Positions 9,506-20,094 are shown, counted from the first letter of the stretch. The stretch is DNA of 64,000 nt from an uncultured candidate division Zixibacteria bacterium (GCA_963735035.1 CAVTJJ010000003.1:96001-160000); one strand, 5' to 3'. Translations and numbers: made by a program. Notes: generated by a model from the letters alone, not told the origin.

Positions 9506-10495
9506 TCAAGAGGCGCGCGCCACGGCAAAGCGGACCATCCCGGTCAGAGAGTCGAAATAGATCGAACGGCCTACGTGCGCTATGGAGTCCAGCGCCTGCT
9601 CGCTCAGTTCGGAAGCCCGCCGGGAGGCATAGTCGAGTCCGCCGGTCTCATTGACAAATTTGTGAATTCGTTCAAACGAACTTTCGACATCATCCTCTTT
9701 GAGAAGATGAATAATCTCCCGCCGGGAAGCTTCGGTAACGCTCCGGAGCGAATAGATGAGCGGCAGGGTAACATGGCCGTTGAAAACGTCGATACCCGGT
9801 TCCTTGCCGGTGACTTCAGGATCGCCCACGAAATCCAGGAGATCGTCCGCCACCTGAAAAGCGGTGCCGATCTTCTCACCAAAGTCAGCAAACCGTTTCC
9901 GCTCGGCCGCGTCCTGGCGCGCCAGGATCGGCCCGATTTCGCACGAGACAGAAAAGAGTGAGGCGGTCTTGTCGGCGATAATATCGAAATACTCGTCTTC
10001 CGAAAGGGTGTAGTTCCGGGTTTCTTCGATCTGGCGAAGTTCACCCACTGAAACCCGCTCGGTGGCCTGTGATATCGCCCCAATCAGTTCCATCGACCCG
10101 GTATCAACCATGATGCGGAAAGCTTTGGCGAAGATATAGTCGCCCATGAGCACCGAGATGAGGTTCTTCCACTTGTGGTTGACCGTTTCCTGCCCGCGCC
10201 GCATCTCGGATTCATCGACAACATCATCGTGCAGAAGCGTAGCGGTATGAATCAGTTCGATTGATAGCGAGGCATCGATAGCCGGTTCGGCGTAATAGTT
10301 CGCCGCCCGAGCCGAAAGAAACAGAAACGCCGGGCGAATCCGTTTCCCCTTGGACTTCAGCAGATGGCGGGCAATTGACGAAATAAGCGGCGAGTCGCCG
10401 CGCAGATAGTCGTGTAGACGTGTATCGAACGCCTCCAAGTCGGCCCGAACCGGGGCGGTGTATTCCGTCATGCTATCGGTATCAAATCTAGTCAT
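9506..10495 (-). CDS. Polyprenyl diphosphate synthase (IspB/HepT type)
   Basis: GKRIRP, LLHDDVVD (FARM), FQVADDLLD (SARM). Start moved from 10525 because that ATG abuts the -10 box; 10471 is an alternative start. Confidence 0.92.
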   Translation of the reverse strand: MTRFDTDSMTEYTAPVRADLEAFDTRLHDYLRGDSPLISSIARHLLKSKGKRIRPAFLFLSARAANYYAEPAIDASLSIELIHTATLLHDDVVDESEMRRGQETVNHKWKNLISVLMGDYIFAKAFRIMVDTGSMELIGAISQATERVSVGELRQIEETRNYTLSEDEYFDIIADKTASLFSVSCEIGPILARQDAAERKRFADFGEKIGTAFQVADDLLDFVGDPEVTGKEPGIDVFNGHVTLPLIYSLRSVTEASRREIIHLLKEDDVESSFERIHKFVNETGGLDYASRRASELSEQALDSIAHVGRSIYFDSLTGMVRFAVARAS

Positions 10496-10525
10496 AGCGA
10501 ACAACCATTTAGAAGTAACGGGCAT

Positions 10526-10554
10526 ATTAAAGGGCTTCCAGCCGGGCGTGTCAA
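10526..10554 (-). promoter_or_regulatory. sigma70 promoter for the polyprenyl synthase
   Basis: TTGACA-N17-TTTAAT on the minus strand. Confidence 0.65.
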
Positions 10555-10683
10555 ACGGTTTGGCTTGAAAATCGTCGGCGGGCGGGATTCAGATAGTGGA
10601 ATCGTTGGGTCCAGCAACGATAAAAGTCCGCAATGCCTTGCGTTACAACTCGTTGTTGAGCGAACTCAGCGGGCAATAGAACG

Positions 10684-12225
10684 CTATTCCCACTCAATCG
10701 TAGCCGGTGGCTTGGACGAAATATCATAGGTCACCCGGTTGACCCCTTTGACCTTGCGAATGATCTCGTTCGAGATTTCCGCCAGAATGTCGGCCGGGAT
10801 ACGCGCCCAGTCGGCGGTCATGCCGTCGACCGAGGTCACCGCCCTCAGCGCCACCACGTTTTCATAAGTACGTTCGTCGCCCATGACTCCGACCGCCCGC
10901 ACCGGGAGAAGCACCGCAAAGGCCTGCCAGATATCGTCGTAGATCTTGTGCCGATATAGCCCTTCGATAAAAATGGCGTCGACTTCGCGGAGCAGATCGC
11001 ACCGCTCCTGCTCACCTCACCGAGAATACGCACCGCCAGACCCGGCCCGGGGAACGGATGCCGTCCGATGAACTTCTCCGGAAGACCGAGTGCGCGGCCG
11101 AGATCGCGGACTTCGTCCTTGAACAACTCCCGCAATGGCTCGACCAGCTTAAGACTCATCGTTTCTTTGAGGCCGCCGACGTTGTGGTGCGATTTGATGG
11201 TCGCCGACGGGCCCTTGAACGAGGTGGATTCGATCACATCGGGATACAACGTTCCCTGCGCCAGAAAATCGATGCCGCCGATACGCTCTGCTTCCCGCTC
11301 GAATATATCAATGAAAGTCGATCCGATGATCTTGCGTTTCTTCTCCGGATCCTCAACCCCCGCCAGTCGGGTCCAGGAAGAGCTCAGATGCGTCTACCGG
11401 GTGCAGGTTGATGCCGAGGGTCTTGAGTGTCACTGTGACATCTTCAAACTCGTTCTTCCTCAGCACGCCGTTGTTGACAAAGACACCGTGCAACCGGTCC
11501 CCTATGGCCCGGTGTAGCAGCATGGCGGCCACCGATGAGTCCACCCCGCCGGATATACCTAGCACGACTTTTCCGTCGCCCACCTGCCGGCGAATACCGT
11601 CAATTGATTCCTCGATAAACGACGCCGTGGTCCAATCACCTTTGACCCCACAGATATCGAACAGGAAATTATGAATGATCTTCTTGCCTTCGGTCGTGTG
11701 ATGTACTTCGGGATGAAACTGCACACCGTAGATGCGGGCGGTCTCGTTGACGATAGCGGCCACGCCGAGCGATGTAACCCGGCCGATAATCTGGAACCCT
11801 GAAGGGAGATCTACGATGGAATCGCCGTGGGACATCCAAACTTGACTTGATTGGGCAATCCCCTTCAGAAGCGGTCCATCAGATAATGGCTCGAACAGCG
11901 ACCGGCCGTATTCGCGATGCTCGGACTTGACCAATCGGCCGCCGAAGAGATCGGCGATCAACTGCATACCGTAACAGATGCCCAGGACCGGAACGGAGCC
12001 GTCGAAGAACGAGCGGTCCAATCGCGGCGAAGACGGGTCTTTGAGCGATGCCGGTCCGCCCGATAGAATGTATCCCGCCACGTTGCGTTTGGCGTACGGG
12101 CGCAGATCGGCGTTGTAGGGAAGTATCTCGCAGTAGACATGAGCTTCGCGGACGCGCCGGGCGATCAACTGGGTAAATTGCGAACCGAAATCCAATATCA
12201 ATATGGTCTCGTGACCGCTCTTCAT
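10684..12225 (-). CDS. guaA: GMP synthase (glutamine-hydrolysing), interrupted by two single-base frameshifts
   Basis: [54 protein letters not shown] across three frames; extra base at 11369-11371 and missing base near 11009. Confidence 0.93.
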
Positions 12226-12236
12226 GAAGGCTTCTC

Positions 12237-13832
12237 CTAACTTACCAAACCGGGGATAACCGTATCGTGCGCGAATTTGGGATCGGTTTCCGGTTTCTCT
12301 TCCAGATAATGCAACCCGCGCGACTCCTGGCGGGACAGCGCACATTGAATTAAGAGCTCCGCAACCGTAGCAATGTTGCGCAACTCCACCACATCATAAT
12401 TGGCGGGGGTCGCCATGTAATAATCTTCTACTGCATGTTTGATTCGACTCACACGTTCCAGCGCCATCGAGAGCCGCTCGGTCGTGCGAACGATGCCGAC
12501 AAAGTCGGACATGATCCGGTTCAACTCGTGACGGTCGTGCGCGATAAGAATCTTCTCAAGCGGCATCCGCAGTGACGACGCCAGAGGATTGTCCAATGGT
12601 ACTGCTTCGGGGAAATGTGTCTGCCGGGCATAGTCGGTCGATTTCACCGAGGCAATGTCCGCCATGACCACCGCTTCGAGGAGTGAGTTCGATGCCAGAC
12701 GATTCGCCCCGTGCATGCCGGTCATGGCAACTTCGCCGGCCACAAAGAGCCCTGGGAGCGACGTTTCCCCGTCGAGGCTGCTCACGACTCCCCCGCAGGC
12801 ATAATGCGCCGACGGCACAACCGGGATCGCCCGCTTGGTAATATCGAACCCGTAGCGCAGACATTCCTGGTAGATATTGGGAAAACGTTCTTTGACGAAC
12901 GCAGGATCGCGGTGGCTGATGTCGAGCATCACATATTCCTGGCCCGACTCTTTGAGCTCCCGATCAATCGCCCGGGCGACCACATCGCGCGGCGCGAGGT
13001 CTTTCAGTTCATGAGCCTTCTCCATAAAATAGCGGCCATCCACCGAGCGCAGACGCGCGCCTTCACCACGAACAGCTTCGGAGATCAGAAACGGCCAGCG
13101 CCCCGGCGAGTAGAGAGCGGTCGGGTGAAACTGAACGAATTCCAGATTGGCTACCTCTACACCTGCCCGATAGGCGCACGCAACTCCATCGCCCGTTGCG
13201 ATTTTCGGATTCGTAGTGTGGAAATAGACCATGCCAAGACCGCCCGTGGCGAGCATGGTCACCGGCGCATAAAAGATTTCGATAGAGCGATTCTCTTCAC
13301 AATAGATATAGGCCCCGGCGCAGATACGATGGCCGGACTCACGATAAGCCACCAGGTCCAACAACAAGTGATCGGGGAAGATTTCGATATTGTTCGGTAA
13401 GCTACGGCAGGCGGCTAACAATGCCCGTTCGATTTCGCGACCCGTCAGATCGGCAGCCCGCACTACCCGATTTTGTGAATGGCCACCTTCGCGTCCGAGG
13501 TCAAGCTGTCCATGTACACGAGTGAATTCGACACCGTACCGACTTAGTTCTTTGATGGCGTTCGGTCCGGCTTCAACGACCCGCTCGACCACATCCTGAT
13601 GACATAGGCCGCAACCCACTTTGACCGTGTCGGCCACATGAGACGCAACTGAATCGGTCCCCGATGTAACCGCGGCAATCCCCCCCTGCGCCCGGTTGGT
13701 ACTGGTGGCATCTTCGGAGCTCTTAGTGACAATCCCGACCCGGGCCGTGGGCATTCGCTCCACTACCTTGAGCGCATAGAACAGCCCGGCGATACCGCTG
13801 CCCGCAACGAGAAAATCAAAGCGCCGATCCAT
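12237..13832 (-). CDS. nadB: L-aspartate oxidase
   Basis: GSGIAGL, AQGGIAA, REGGHS, QFHPT, LISEAVRGEG, HGANRLASNSLLE. Confidence 0.95.
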   Translation of the reverse strand: MDRRFDFLVAGSGIAGLFYALKVVERMPTARVGIVTKSSEDATSTNRAQGGIAAVTSGTDSVASHVADTVKVGCGLCHQDVVERVVEAGPNAIKELSRYGVEFTRVHGQLDLGREGGHSQNRVVRAADLTGREIERALLAACRSLPNNIEIFPDHLLLDLVAYRESGHRICAGAYIYCEENRSIEIFYAPVTMLATGGLGMVYFHTTNPKIATGDGVACAYRAGVEVANLEFVQFHPTALYSPGRWPFLISEAVRGEGARLRSVDGRYFMEKAHELKDLAPRDVVARAIDRELKESGQEYVMLDISHRDPAFVKERFPNIYQECLRYGFDITKRAIPVVPSAHYACGGVVSSLDGETSLPGLFVAGEVAMTGMHGANRLASNSLLEAVVMADIASVKSTDYARQTHFPEAVPLDNPLASSLRMPLEKILIAHDRHELNRIMSDFVGIVRTTERLSMALERVSRIKHAVEDYYMATPANYDVVELRNIATVAELLIQCALSRQESRGLHYLEEKPETDPKFAHDTVIPGLVS

Positions 13833-14917
13833 CAGTTTCCTCTGGCCACCAACTTAAGCCGCCTCTTGACATCGGTCATGAGCTCTTCAACGCCAGGATA
13901 TACGTCAACGACCTGGTTAAGATAGTACAACTCCCGCCCGAAATCAAAGTTGCCTACTTTGACCCAATCCTTGAGGGTGGTCAGAATCAGGTCGGAATTA
14001 TGGTGATCCGCCGCTTGCTTGATCTGGTCCATGACCTGCCGATCATATTTCTGGTGGTCGGCGAATTCAATGGCGAAATCTATGCGAGATGAGAGCGCCG
14101 AGACTTCCTGTTCAAGTGCCGTGAAATTGCCAATCCCGGCAAAGAGAAAGACCGACTTGTCCTGAAGAAATTCTGCCGGGTGACTCCTGCCGCGCCCTAT
14201 TATCTCGGTCGCACGGAACCCCGCCTGATACAAGCCGGCATGTGGGCTCAATTGCTGCAACTTCTCTCTACGTGCGCCAATTTCTGACCCTTCCTTAACG
14301 CGGGTCATGATCATAACGTCTGCCCTGCTCAGCGCCTTATGCGATTCGCGAAGCAACCCGTAGGGGAACGGCTTCAACTGAAGCTCCTTTAGACTGGCGT
14401 CGTAGGTCACCAGATTAATATCCCGGGCCAGCTTGAAGTGCTGGAAACCATCGTCAAGAATGATCACGTCAACCTGACCGCTATCGGCCAGCATCTTGGC
14501 CGCCCGCCACTTGAATTTGTCGACCGAGAATATTGCGTTCGGCAGTTGTCGGGACAGCAGCTTGACCTCATCGCCGGTCTGCCCAACATCCATTTCTTGC
14601 ACGCTCTGCCCGGAAGTCACGAATGACACCTGATCCTGACGTCCATAACCCGATGACACAATTCCCACCCGGTCACCTTCGCGCAGGAAGTTCTCGGCAA
14701 GCAGGGCGACAATAGGTGTCTTGCCCGATCCTCCTACGGTGATGTTGCCGACCGAAAGGACCGGCACTGCAACTCTAATCGGTTCACCGACGAATCGTTT
14801 CCTGAGTGCGAAGCCGAGTCTATAGACAAGCGAAATCAGCCAGAGAAAGAAAGCAGGGATCGCCCAGAGGCTGTTCGGCTCACGCCGTAGGATCATCTTC
14901 CACAACCGCTCAAACAT
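13832..14917 (-). CDS. lpxK: Tetraacyldisaccharide 4'-kinase
   Basis: SVGNITVGGSGKTP, LDDGFQH, FADH, TTLKD. Confidence 0.95.
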   Translation of the reverse strand: MFERLWKMILRREPNSLWAIPAFFLWLISLVYRLGFALRKRFVGEPIRVAVPVLSVGNITVGGSGKTPIVALLAENFLREGDRVGIVSSGYGRQDQVSFVTSGQSVQEMDVGQTGDEVKLLSRQLPNAIFSVDKFKWRAAKMLADSGQVDVIILDDGFQHFKLARDINLVTYDASLKELQLKPFPYGLLRESHKALSRADVMIMTRVKEGSEIGARREKLQQLSPHAGLYQAGFRATEIIGRGRSHPAEFLQDKSVFLFAGIGNFTALEQEVSALSSRIDFAIEFADHQKYDRQVMDQIKQAADHHNSDLILTTLKDWVKVGNFDFGRELYYLNQVVDVYPGVEELMTDVKRRLKLVARGN

Positions 14918-16148
14918 CTGACAGCCGTTTCAATATGTAGCCACCAGCCAGGGCCGTGGCGGAGTGCGCGGTATCGGTCTCTTCCTTGGTTTCGAATTTT
15001 CGCCGCCCAGATAAGACATCCTCCAACACGCTCTTCAACTCGTCGGCATCCGCTACCTGCGCACCGAAATTATTCGCAACGATGTACTCGGCGGCGTCCG
15101 GAACATTGAAGACAGAAGACCCAAACACGACCGGAGTGCGGGCCCAGACCGGTTCAAGGATGTTATGTCCACCTATATCTACGAGCGTACCGCCAACGAA
15201 AGCGAGATCGGCCGCGAGGTACAGATCGTTCAGAAGCCCCATCCGGTCAACTAGCGTGACACCGTCGCAGTTACGGCTTTCGCCATAGAGACAAATCGGG
15301 ACGTTTGCGTCCTTTACCAGACGACGTACTTCATCCAGCCGTTCCAAATGACGAGGCGCCAGCACGAGCCTCACTTGCGGATACTGCTTCTTCAGTTCCT
15401 TGACCGTCGCCACCAGCACCGCTTCTTCGCCGGGACGAGTCGATCCAGCCACCAACATGAACTGATCCTGAGTGACGCCTACTTCGGCCCGGATTTCGGT
15501 CACCCATTCCTTGGATTTCGCGACCATGGGGGCGTCGAACTTCATGTCGCCTGCGATCACCCCGGCTTCAATCGGCAGTCCGAAGGTGGAGAAGCGATCC
15601 CGGTCTGACTCTGACTTGAAGAAGAATTTGTCATAAGTACCTAGCAATCGGCGAAGCGTGTTTGAAAACATGCGATATCTTCTCTGGGATCGCTCTGTCA
15701 TACGGCCGTTGACCAGCACGATTGGGATGGTTCGACGCTTCGCGGCCTCAATCAAGTTCGGCCAGATTTCGGTTTCGGCCACCACGATCATTCGGGGGCT
15801 CAAGCGGTTCATCACGCGATTACACAATGAGCTCACGTCGAGTGGAAAATACGATATTGACACTCGTCGCGGCAAAATAGCTCGCGCGGTCTCAACCCCG
15901 GTGCGCGTGACAGCGGTCACATGAATCTGCAGCTTAGGCTGCTCCTTCACGAGATATGCTATCAGATTGCCGAGGATGCGTATTTCTCCCACGGAGGCGG
16001 CGTGCAGCCAGAGATCGACTTGTTCCGACGGCAGGTCCAGACCCAGCCGACCTCGCCAGACTTCCTTGCCACGCGCGGCTTGCCATCGCGCCCAGGGATA
16101 GATCAGCATATAAACCAGCCGTGTCAGACAGCGATACAGGAGAATCAT
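14910..16148 (-). CDS. waaA: Kdo transferase
   Basis: WLHAASVGE, ETEIWPN, PRHLER, GGHNILEP. Confidence 0.95.
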   Translation of the reverse strand: MILLYRCLTRLVYMLIYPWARWQAARGKEVWRGRLGLDLPSEQVDLWLHAASVGEIRILGNLIAYLVKEQPKLQIHVTAVTRTGVETARAILPRRVSISYFPLDVSSLCNRVMNRLSPRMIVVAETEIWPNLIEAAKRRTIPIVLVNGRMTERSQRRYRMFSNTLRRLLGTYDKFFFKSESDRDRFSTFGLPIEAGVIAGDMKFDAPMVAKSKEWVTEIRAEVGVTQDQFMLVAGSTRPGEEAVLVATVKELKKQYPQVRLVLAPRHLERLDEVRRLVKDANVPICLYGESRNCDGVTLVDRMGLLNDLYLAADLAFVGGTLVDIGGHNILEPVWARTPVVFGSSVFNVPDAAEYIVANNFGAQVADADELKSVLEDVLSGRRKFETKEETDTAHSATALAGGYILKRLSDV

Positions 16149-17251
16149 AGATACTCCCTTATCGCTTCGGCGGCGCGAGCGGACGCGCCCATGCCTCCCA
16201 GCAGTGACGGCACCCGCTGCAGGCTACTGGCAACTATTTGGCGATAGTTGTCGTCGGTGAAGAAACGCTCAAGCTTGGCGGCCATGCGTTCGGGGGTGGC
16301 TTCGTGCTGAATCAATTCTGGAACTGCCTTCTCGCCGAGCACCAGGTTGACCAGGGCAATCTTGTCCAGCTTGATGAGACGCCGCGCAATCATGTACGTT
16401 AGCGCGCCGGTTTTGTACACGACCACCATCGGACGCCCGATTATGCCAATCTCAAGCGTGGCGGTGCCGGACGATGTGAGCGCTACGGTCGATTCGAAAA
16501 TGACGCGTCGTGGGTTGTCGTATATCACGGACACGCCCTGTGTCAAGAACGGTCGACAGATGGAGTCGTAATCGAATGTTCCGGTTAGCGCCGCCACTAC
16601 CGATGTCGTCCCCTGGGAACGATGAAGCTGTGCCGCCGCTTCGAGCATCGGCGGAAGCATCCGCTCCACTTCCTGACGGCGCGACCCCGGCAGCAAGGCG
16701 ATTTGTTTATTTCCAGGAGACAATGAGCCGACATATTCCCGCGGGATATCTTCAAGCAGGTAGTGTCCTACAAACTGCGACGCTATATCGTGGTCCTCAT
16801 AGAACTTCTTTTCGAATGGGAGTATCACCAACAGACGGTCTACCAGTGAGCGTATCTGCGGCAGACGCCCTTTTCCCCACGCCCACACCTGAGGCGAGAT
16901 GTAGTAGATAATCGGTATGCCGAGCGGACGAATCTTTCGCGCGAGGCGAAGATTGAATCCGGGATAGTCGACGAGCACAATCGCCCTGGGTCGCCGCCGC
17001 TCGATTTCCTGCACGCATGTGTGGAAGAGTTTTCGAAAGAACAAGTATCGACGTGCAACTTCCCAAAATCCGAGAACGGCCAGATCGGACGGTTCCGCGA
17101 GTTGCTCCTGACCGAGTTGTTTGAGGCGTGGGCCGCCAAGTCCGAAGACTCTGAGATTCGCCGACTTCTCGCGCAAAGCTGAAAGCACACGGCTGACTGC
17201 TATGTCGCCGGACGGATCCCCCGCTGAGATGAATAGCAGAGACTCATCCAT
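16145..17251 (-). CDS. lpxB: Lipid-A-disaccharide synthase
   Basis: AGDPSGD, DYPGFN, SPQVWAW, LLPGSR, SGTATLE. Confidence 0.95.
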   Translation of the reverse strand: MDESLLFISAGDPSGDIAVSRVLSALREKSANLRVFGLGGPRLKQLGQEQLAEPSDLAVLGFWEVARRYLFFRKLFHTCVQEIERRRPRAIVLVDYPGFNLRLARKIRPLGIPIIYYISPQVWAWGKGRLPQIRSLVDRLLVILPFEKKFYEDHDIASQFVGHYLLEDIPREYVGSLSPGNKQIALLPGSRRQEVERMLPPMLEAAAQLHRSQGTTSVVAALTGTFDYDSICRPFLTQGVSVIYDNPRRVIFESTVALTSSGTATLEIGIIGRPMVVVYKTGALTYMIARRLIKLDKIALVNLVLGEKAVPELIQHEATPERMAAKLERFFTDDNYRQIVASSLQRVPSLLGGMGASARAAEAIREYL

Positions 17252-18247
17252 TCAGTCGGGATACCCCCGCAGAACTTTTTCGATCGACTCGAGTCCGATT
17301 TGCTGGACCTGGAGCGCCACCCGAAGCGCCTCGGCGCCTTCGTCGATGGTGACCGCGACGGGGTGATCATGAATGACGGCATCGAGAAACGCAGCCAATT
17401 CCGCCCCGAGCATGTCTTCGCCGCTGTCGGTCTTCTTGGAGTAGATGATATCCTTGCCGGACTTGCCGAGCGGTACGCGCATACCTTCCGCTTTTTCGTC
17501 GGCGCCGGCCAGACAATAGATGTCCGCCTGTTTCTGCGCCAGATCGAGTGAGAAATAGCCGGACTTCTGGAAGATGCGGAGTTTGCGCATTTGATGGAGC
17601 GAAATGCGGGACGCGGTCAGATTGGCCACCGCGCCGTTCTCGAATGTCAGGCGGGCATTGGCGATATCGGCCTGTTCGGATACGACCGCCACCGCCGAGG
17701 CCTGTATGTTCTCGACTTTCGAGCGCGTGAACATAAGGGCGAGATCGATATCGTGAATCATCAGGTCGAGCACTACGGCCACATCGGTCCCGCGCGGATC
17801 AAACGCCGCCAGCCGGTGGGCCTCGATAAACGACGGCCGCAGGTTCATGCCGTCGAGCGCGCGAACCGCCGGATTGAATCGCTCGATCTGGCCCACCGTC
17901 ACTTTGACGCCGCGCGCCTCGGCCAGGCTCTTCAGTTTAGAGGCTTCGTCGATCGACGGGGTAATCGGCTTTTCGATCAGACAGTGAATGCCGCGGTCTA
18001 TCAACTTCGAGGCGACTTCGTAGTGCGCGGAAGTAGTGACCACGATGGAGACCGCCTCGGCGGACGCGGCTAAGGCGTCGAGTGATTCGAAAGCCCGGGT
18101 GCGGTACTCCGAGGCATATTTCTCGGCTTTGGCGGGATCGACATCGTAGAAGCCGACCAGTTCGGACTGTTCGAGTTTAGAGAGCCATTTGAGATGGTGA
18201 CGGCCGAGCGACCCGACACCCACGACGGCGGTTTTCAGTTTTTTCAT
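17252..18247 (-). CDS. gnnA: Gfo/Idh/MocA oxidoreductase, GnnA-like (UDP-GlcNAc 3-dehydrogenase)
   Basis: GVGSLG, EKP, ERFNPA, DLMIHDID; located between lpxA and lpxB. Confidence 0.7.
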   Translation of the reverse strand: MKKLKTAVVGVGSLGRHHLKWLSKLEQSELVGFYDVDPAKAEKYASEYRTRAFESLDALAASAEAVSIVVTTSAHYEVASKLIDRGIHCLIEKPITPSIDEASKLKSLAEARGVKVTVGQIERFNPAVRALDGMNLRPSFIEAHRLAAFDPRGTDVAVVLDLMIHDIDLALMFTRSKVENIQASAVAVVSEQADIANARLTFENGAVANLTASRISLHQMRKLRIFQKSGYFSLDLAQKQADIYCLAGADEKAEGMRVPLGKSGKDIIYSKKTDSGEDMLGAELAAFLDAVIHDHPVAVTIDEGAEALRVALQVQQIGLESIEKVLRGYPD

Positions 18248-18445
18248 TTACAGACCTTCCAAGCGCCCCGGCTTCCTGTCGGGGTCAGGGGAAGGTAAGA
18301 AGAAGGCACCCGCACAGGAAGCAGAAATACGACCCAATGCCTCGCTGTTCTGCAGAGATGCCATTCCTTCTCTGATGGCGCCTTCGATTTGCACTGTCAC
18401 ATTATGCAATTTCAGGCTTCCCTTGGCTACGAGACGAGTACTTCT

Positions 18446-18619
18446 TCACTCGCTAATGTGGATCTCGCGGCGGATCTGGTGGCGGGGGGGAGGCGGAGCA
18501 GCGGGAGGTGGATCCGGCGGTTCTGGCACTGCAGGACGAGGATTCACTCCACCCTTCTTCTTAGTGCCTTCCGCAAGAGGTTTACCAGCAACGTGTGTGA
18601 TGTGATCTCTATCTATCAT
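18446..18619 (-). CDS. Unannotated proline-rich micropeptide (57 aa)
   Basis: GAGGAG RBS then ATG; MIDRDHITHVAGKPLAEGTKKKGGVNPRPAVPEPPDPPPAAPPPPRHQIRREIHISE; starts 27 nt after the upstream gene's stop. Confidence 0.6.
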   Translation of the reverse strand: MIDRDHITHVAGKPLAEGTKKKGGVNPRPAVPEPPDPPPAAPPPPRHQIRREIHISE

Positions 18620-18646
18620 ATGCTCTCCTCAATTACTCAACGCGGT

Positions 18647-19267
18647 CTACTGATCTTCTACTACTGGAAATTCGACGTGAAAACAACCCCGGGAGCGCGA
18701 TATGTACATCGCTGGCACAACATAGAGTTTCTCTGCAGTCGAGTTCTTAAACACTTTGACGTCCCTCAATAGAAGTTCGTCCGGTTCACCCGTGTCCGAG
18801 AAGACCTCAATCCAACCTTTATACATTAAGTCTCTGTCAAAGTCCCTTACTACCACCCAAGGCGGCATGTCTGAGTTCATTACGTAAGCCCATACGTCCT
18901 CGTCTCCGAATCTCCAAGAAATGCTCAGCCGATGGGCAACACGAAATAGCCATTTATTGTTGATCGCTCTGGACAAGAATAAGGCAAGAATGACTGAGAC
19001 AACAGTTACCCTAGAAATTTCCCAGACGTTTTGTTGCTCAATATTCTTCGTAAAGCCGCTAAAGAAAGCGATATCCCATCCCAGACAGTCAATGAGTGTG
19101 ATAGGATAATAAAGGAGATAGCTCAAACAACCAAGGATGAACGAGTATATGAGAAAACGCGCCATCGCGATTTGGCGATGAGTGGTAAGGGCCTCGATTA
19201 TCAAGAGAGCGACAATACCAGGTAAGAACAGCAGCACCAATTTGACCGAAAGTTCCGTGAGCTCCAT
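18647..19267 (-). CDS. DUF6338-like membrane protein
   Basis: LLFLPG N-terminal TM pattern, three TM helices, then W...WVVVR...Y.GWI..FSD...EL.L.DV soluble domain; GAGGAGG RBS; AT-richer than flanks. Confidence 0.7.
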   Translation of the reverse strand: MELTELSVKLVLLFLPGIVALLIIEALTTHRQIAMARFLIYSFILGCLSYLLYYPITLIDCLGWDIAFFSGFTKNIEQQNVWEISRVTVVSVILALFLSRAINNKWLFRVAHRLSISWRFGDEDVWAYVMNSDMPPWVVVRDFDRDLMYKGWIEVFSDTGEPDELLLRDVKVFKNSTAEKLYVVPAMYISRSRGCFHVEFPVVEDQ

Positions 19268-19320
19268 TCCATACCTCCTCAGAAATTTCCGGGTCCACAA
19301 TTACTAGACCCGCTCACCCC

Positions 19321-20094
19321 CTACTTCACCATGCCGCGACCGGAACGTTCTACGAACGCCAGGATAGTCTTCACCTCGGTAATCGGCTCAACCTCACCCT
19401 TGATCCGCTCCACTGCTTGCGACGTATTTAGGTTGGAGAAGAAGAGCAGCTTGAACGTCTTCTCCAGCGTGTGAAGGACATCCGGCTTGAACCCGCGCCG
19501 CCGCAGGCCAATCGAATTAAGCCCGACCACTTTTAGCGGATACCCACCCACCAGCGAATAGGGGCAGACGTCCTGCTGTACCCGGAACCCACCACCGATC
19601 ATGCAGTGAGCGCCAATCTTGACAAACTGGTGAACCGGCAGCACGCCGCCGAGAATGGCATAGTCATCGATTTCGATATGACCCGCCAGATTGACCGAGT
19701 TGGCCAGAATGAGATTATCGCCGAGATGGCAATCGTGCGCGATGTGCGCATAGGCCATGATGAAGCAGTCCTTGCCGACCCGGGTTTCACCAGTAGCCTG
19801 GGTGCCCCGATTGAGCGTGGCGTATTCACGAATAGTGGTGCGGTCGCCGACCTTTAGGATCGTCTTCTCGCCCGCGAATTTCAGATCTTGAGGCAGAGTG
19901 CCCAACACCGCCCCGTGCGAGATCTTCACGCCGCTGCCGATCCGGGCGCCCGAGGCGATCAGCACATTGGAGGCCACTACCGTACCGGAACCGATGACCA
20001 CATCGTCTTCGATTATCGTGTGCGGACCGACTGAAACGTCGTCGGCCAATTGAGCTCTTGGCGAAACAATCGCCGTTCCATGTATCTGACTCAT
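19321..20094 (-). CDS. lpxA: Acyl-ACP--UDP-N-acetylglucosamine O-acyltransferase
   Basis: Hexapeptide repeats, PQDLKF, IREYATLNRGT, HIAHDC, HQF. Confidence 0.96.
   Translation of the reverse strand: MSQIHGTAIVSPRAQLADDVSVGPHTIIEDDVVIGSGTVVASNVLIASGARIGSGVKISHGAVLGTLPQDLKFAGEKTILKVGDRTTIREYATLNRGTQATGETRVGKDCFIMAYAHIAHDCHLGDNLILANSVNLAGHIEIDDYAILGGVLPVHQFVKIGAHCMIGGGFRVQQDVCPYSLVGGYPLKVVGLNSIGLRRRGFKPDVLHTLEKTFKLLFFSNLNTSQAVERIKGEVEPITEVKTILAFVERSGRGMVK

Noticed and set aside
10684..12225. Programmed frameshifting or true pseudogene in guaA
   Set aside because: No slippery heptamer at either site, opposite-sign indels and no other decay; most consistent with sequencing error.
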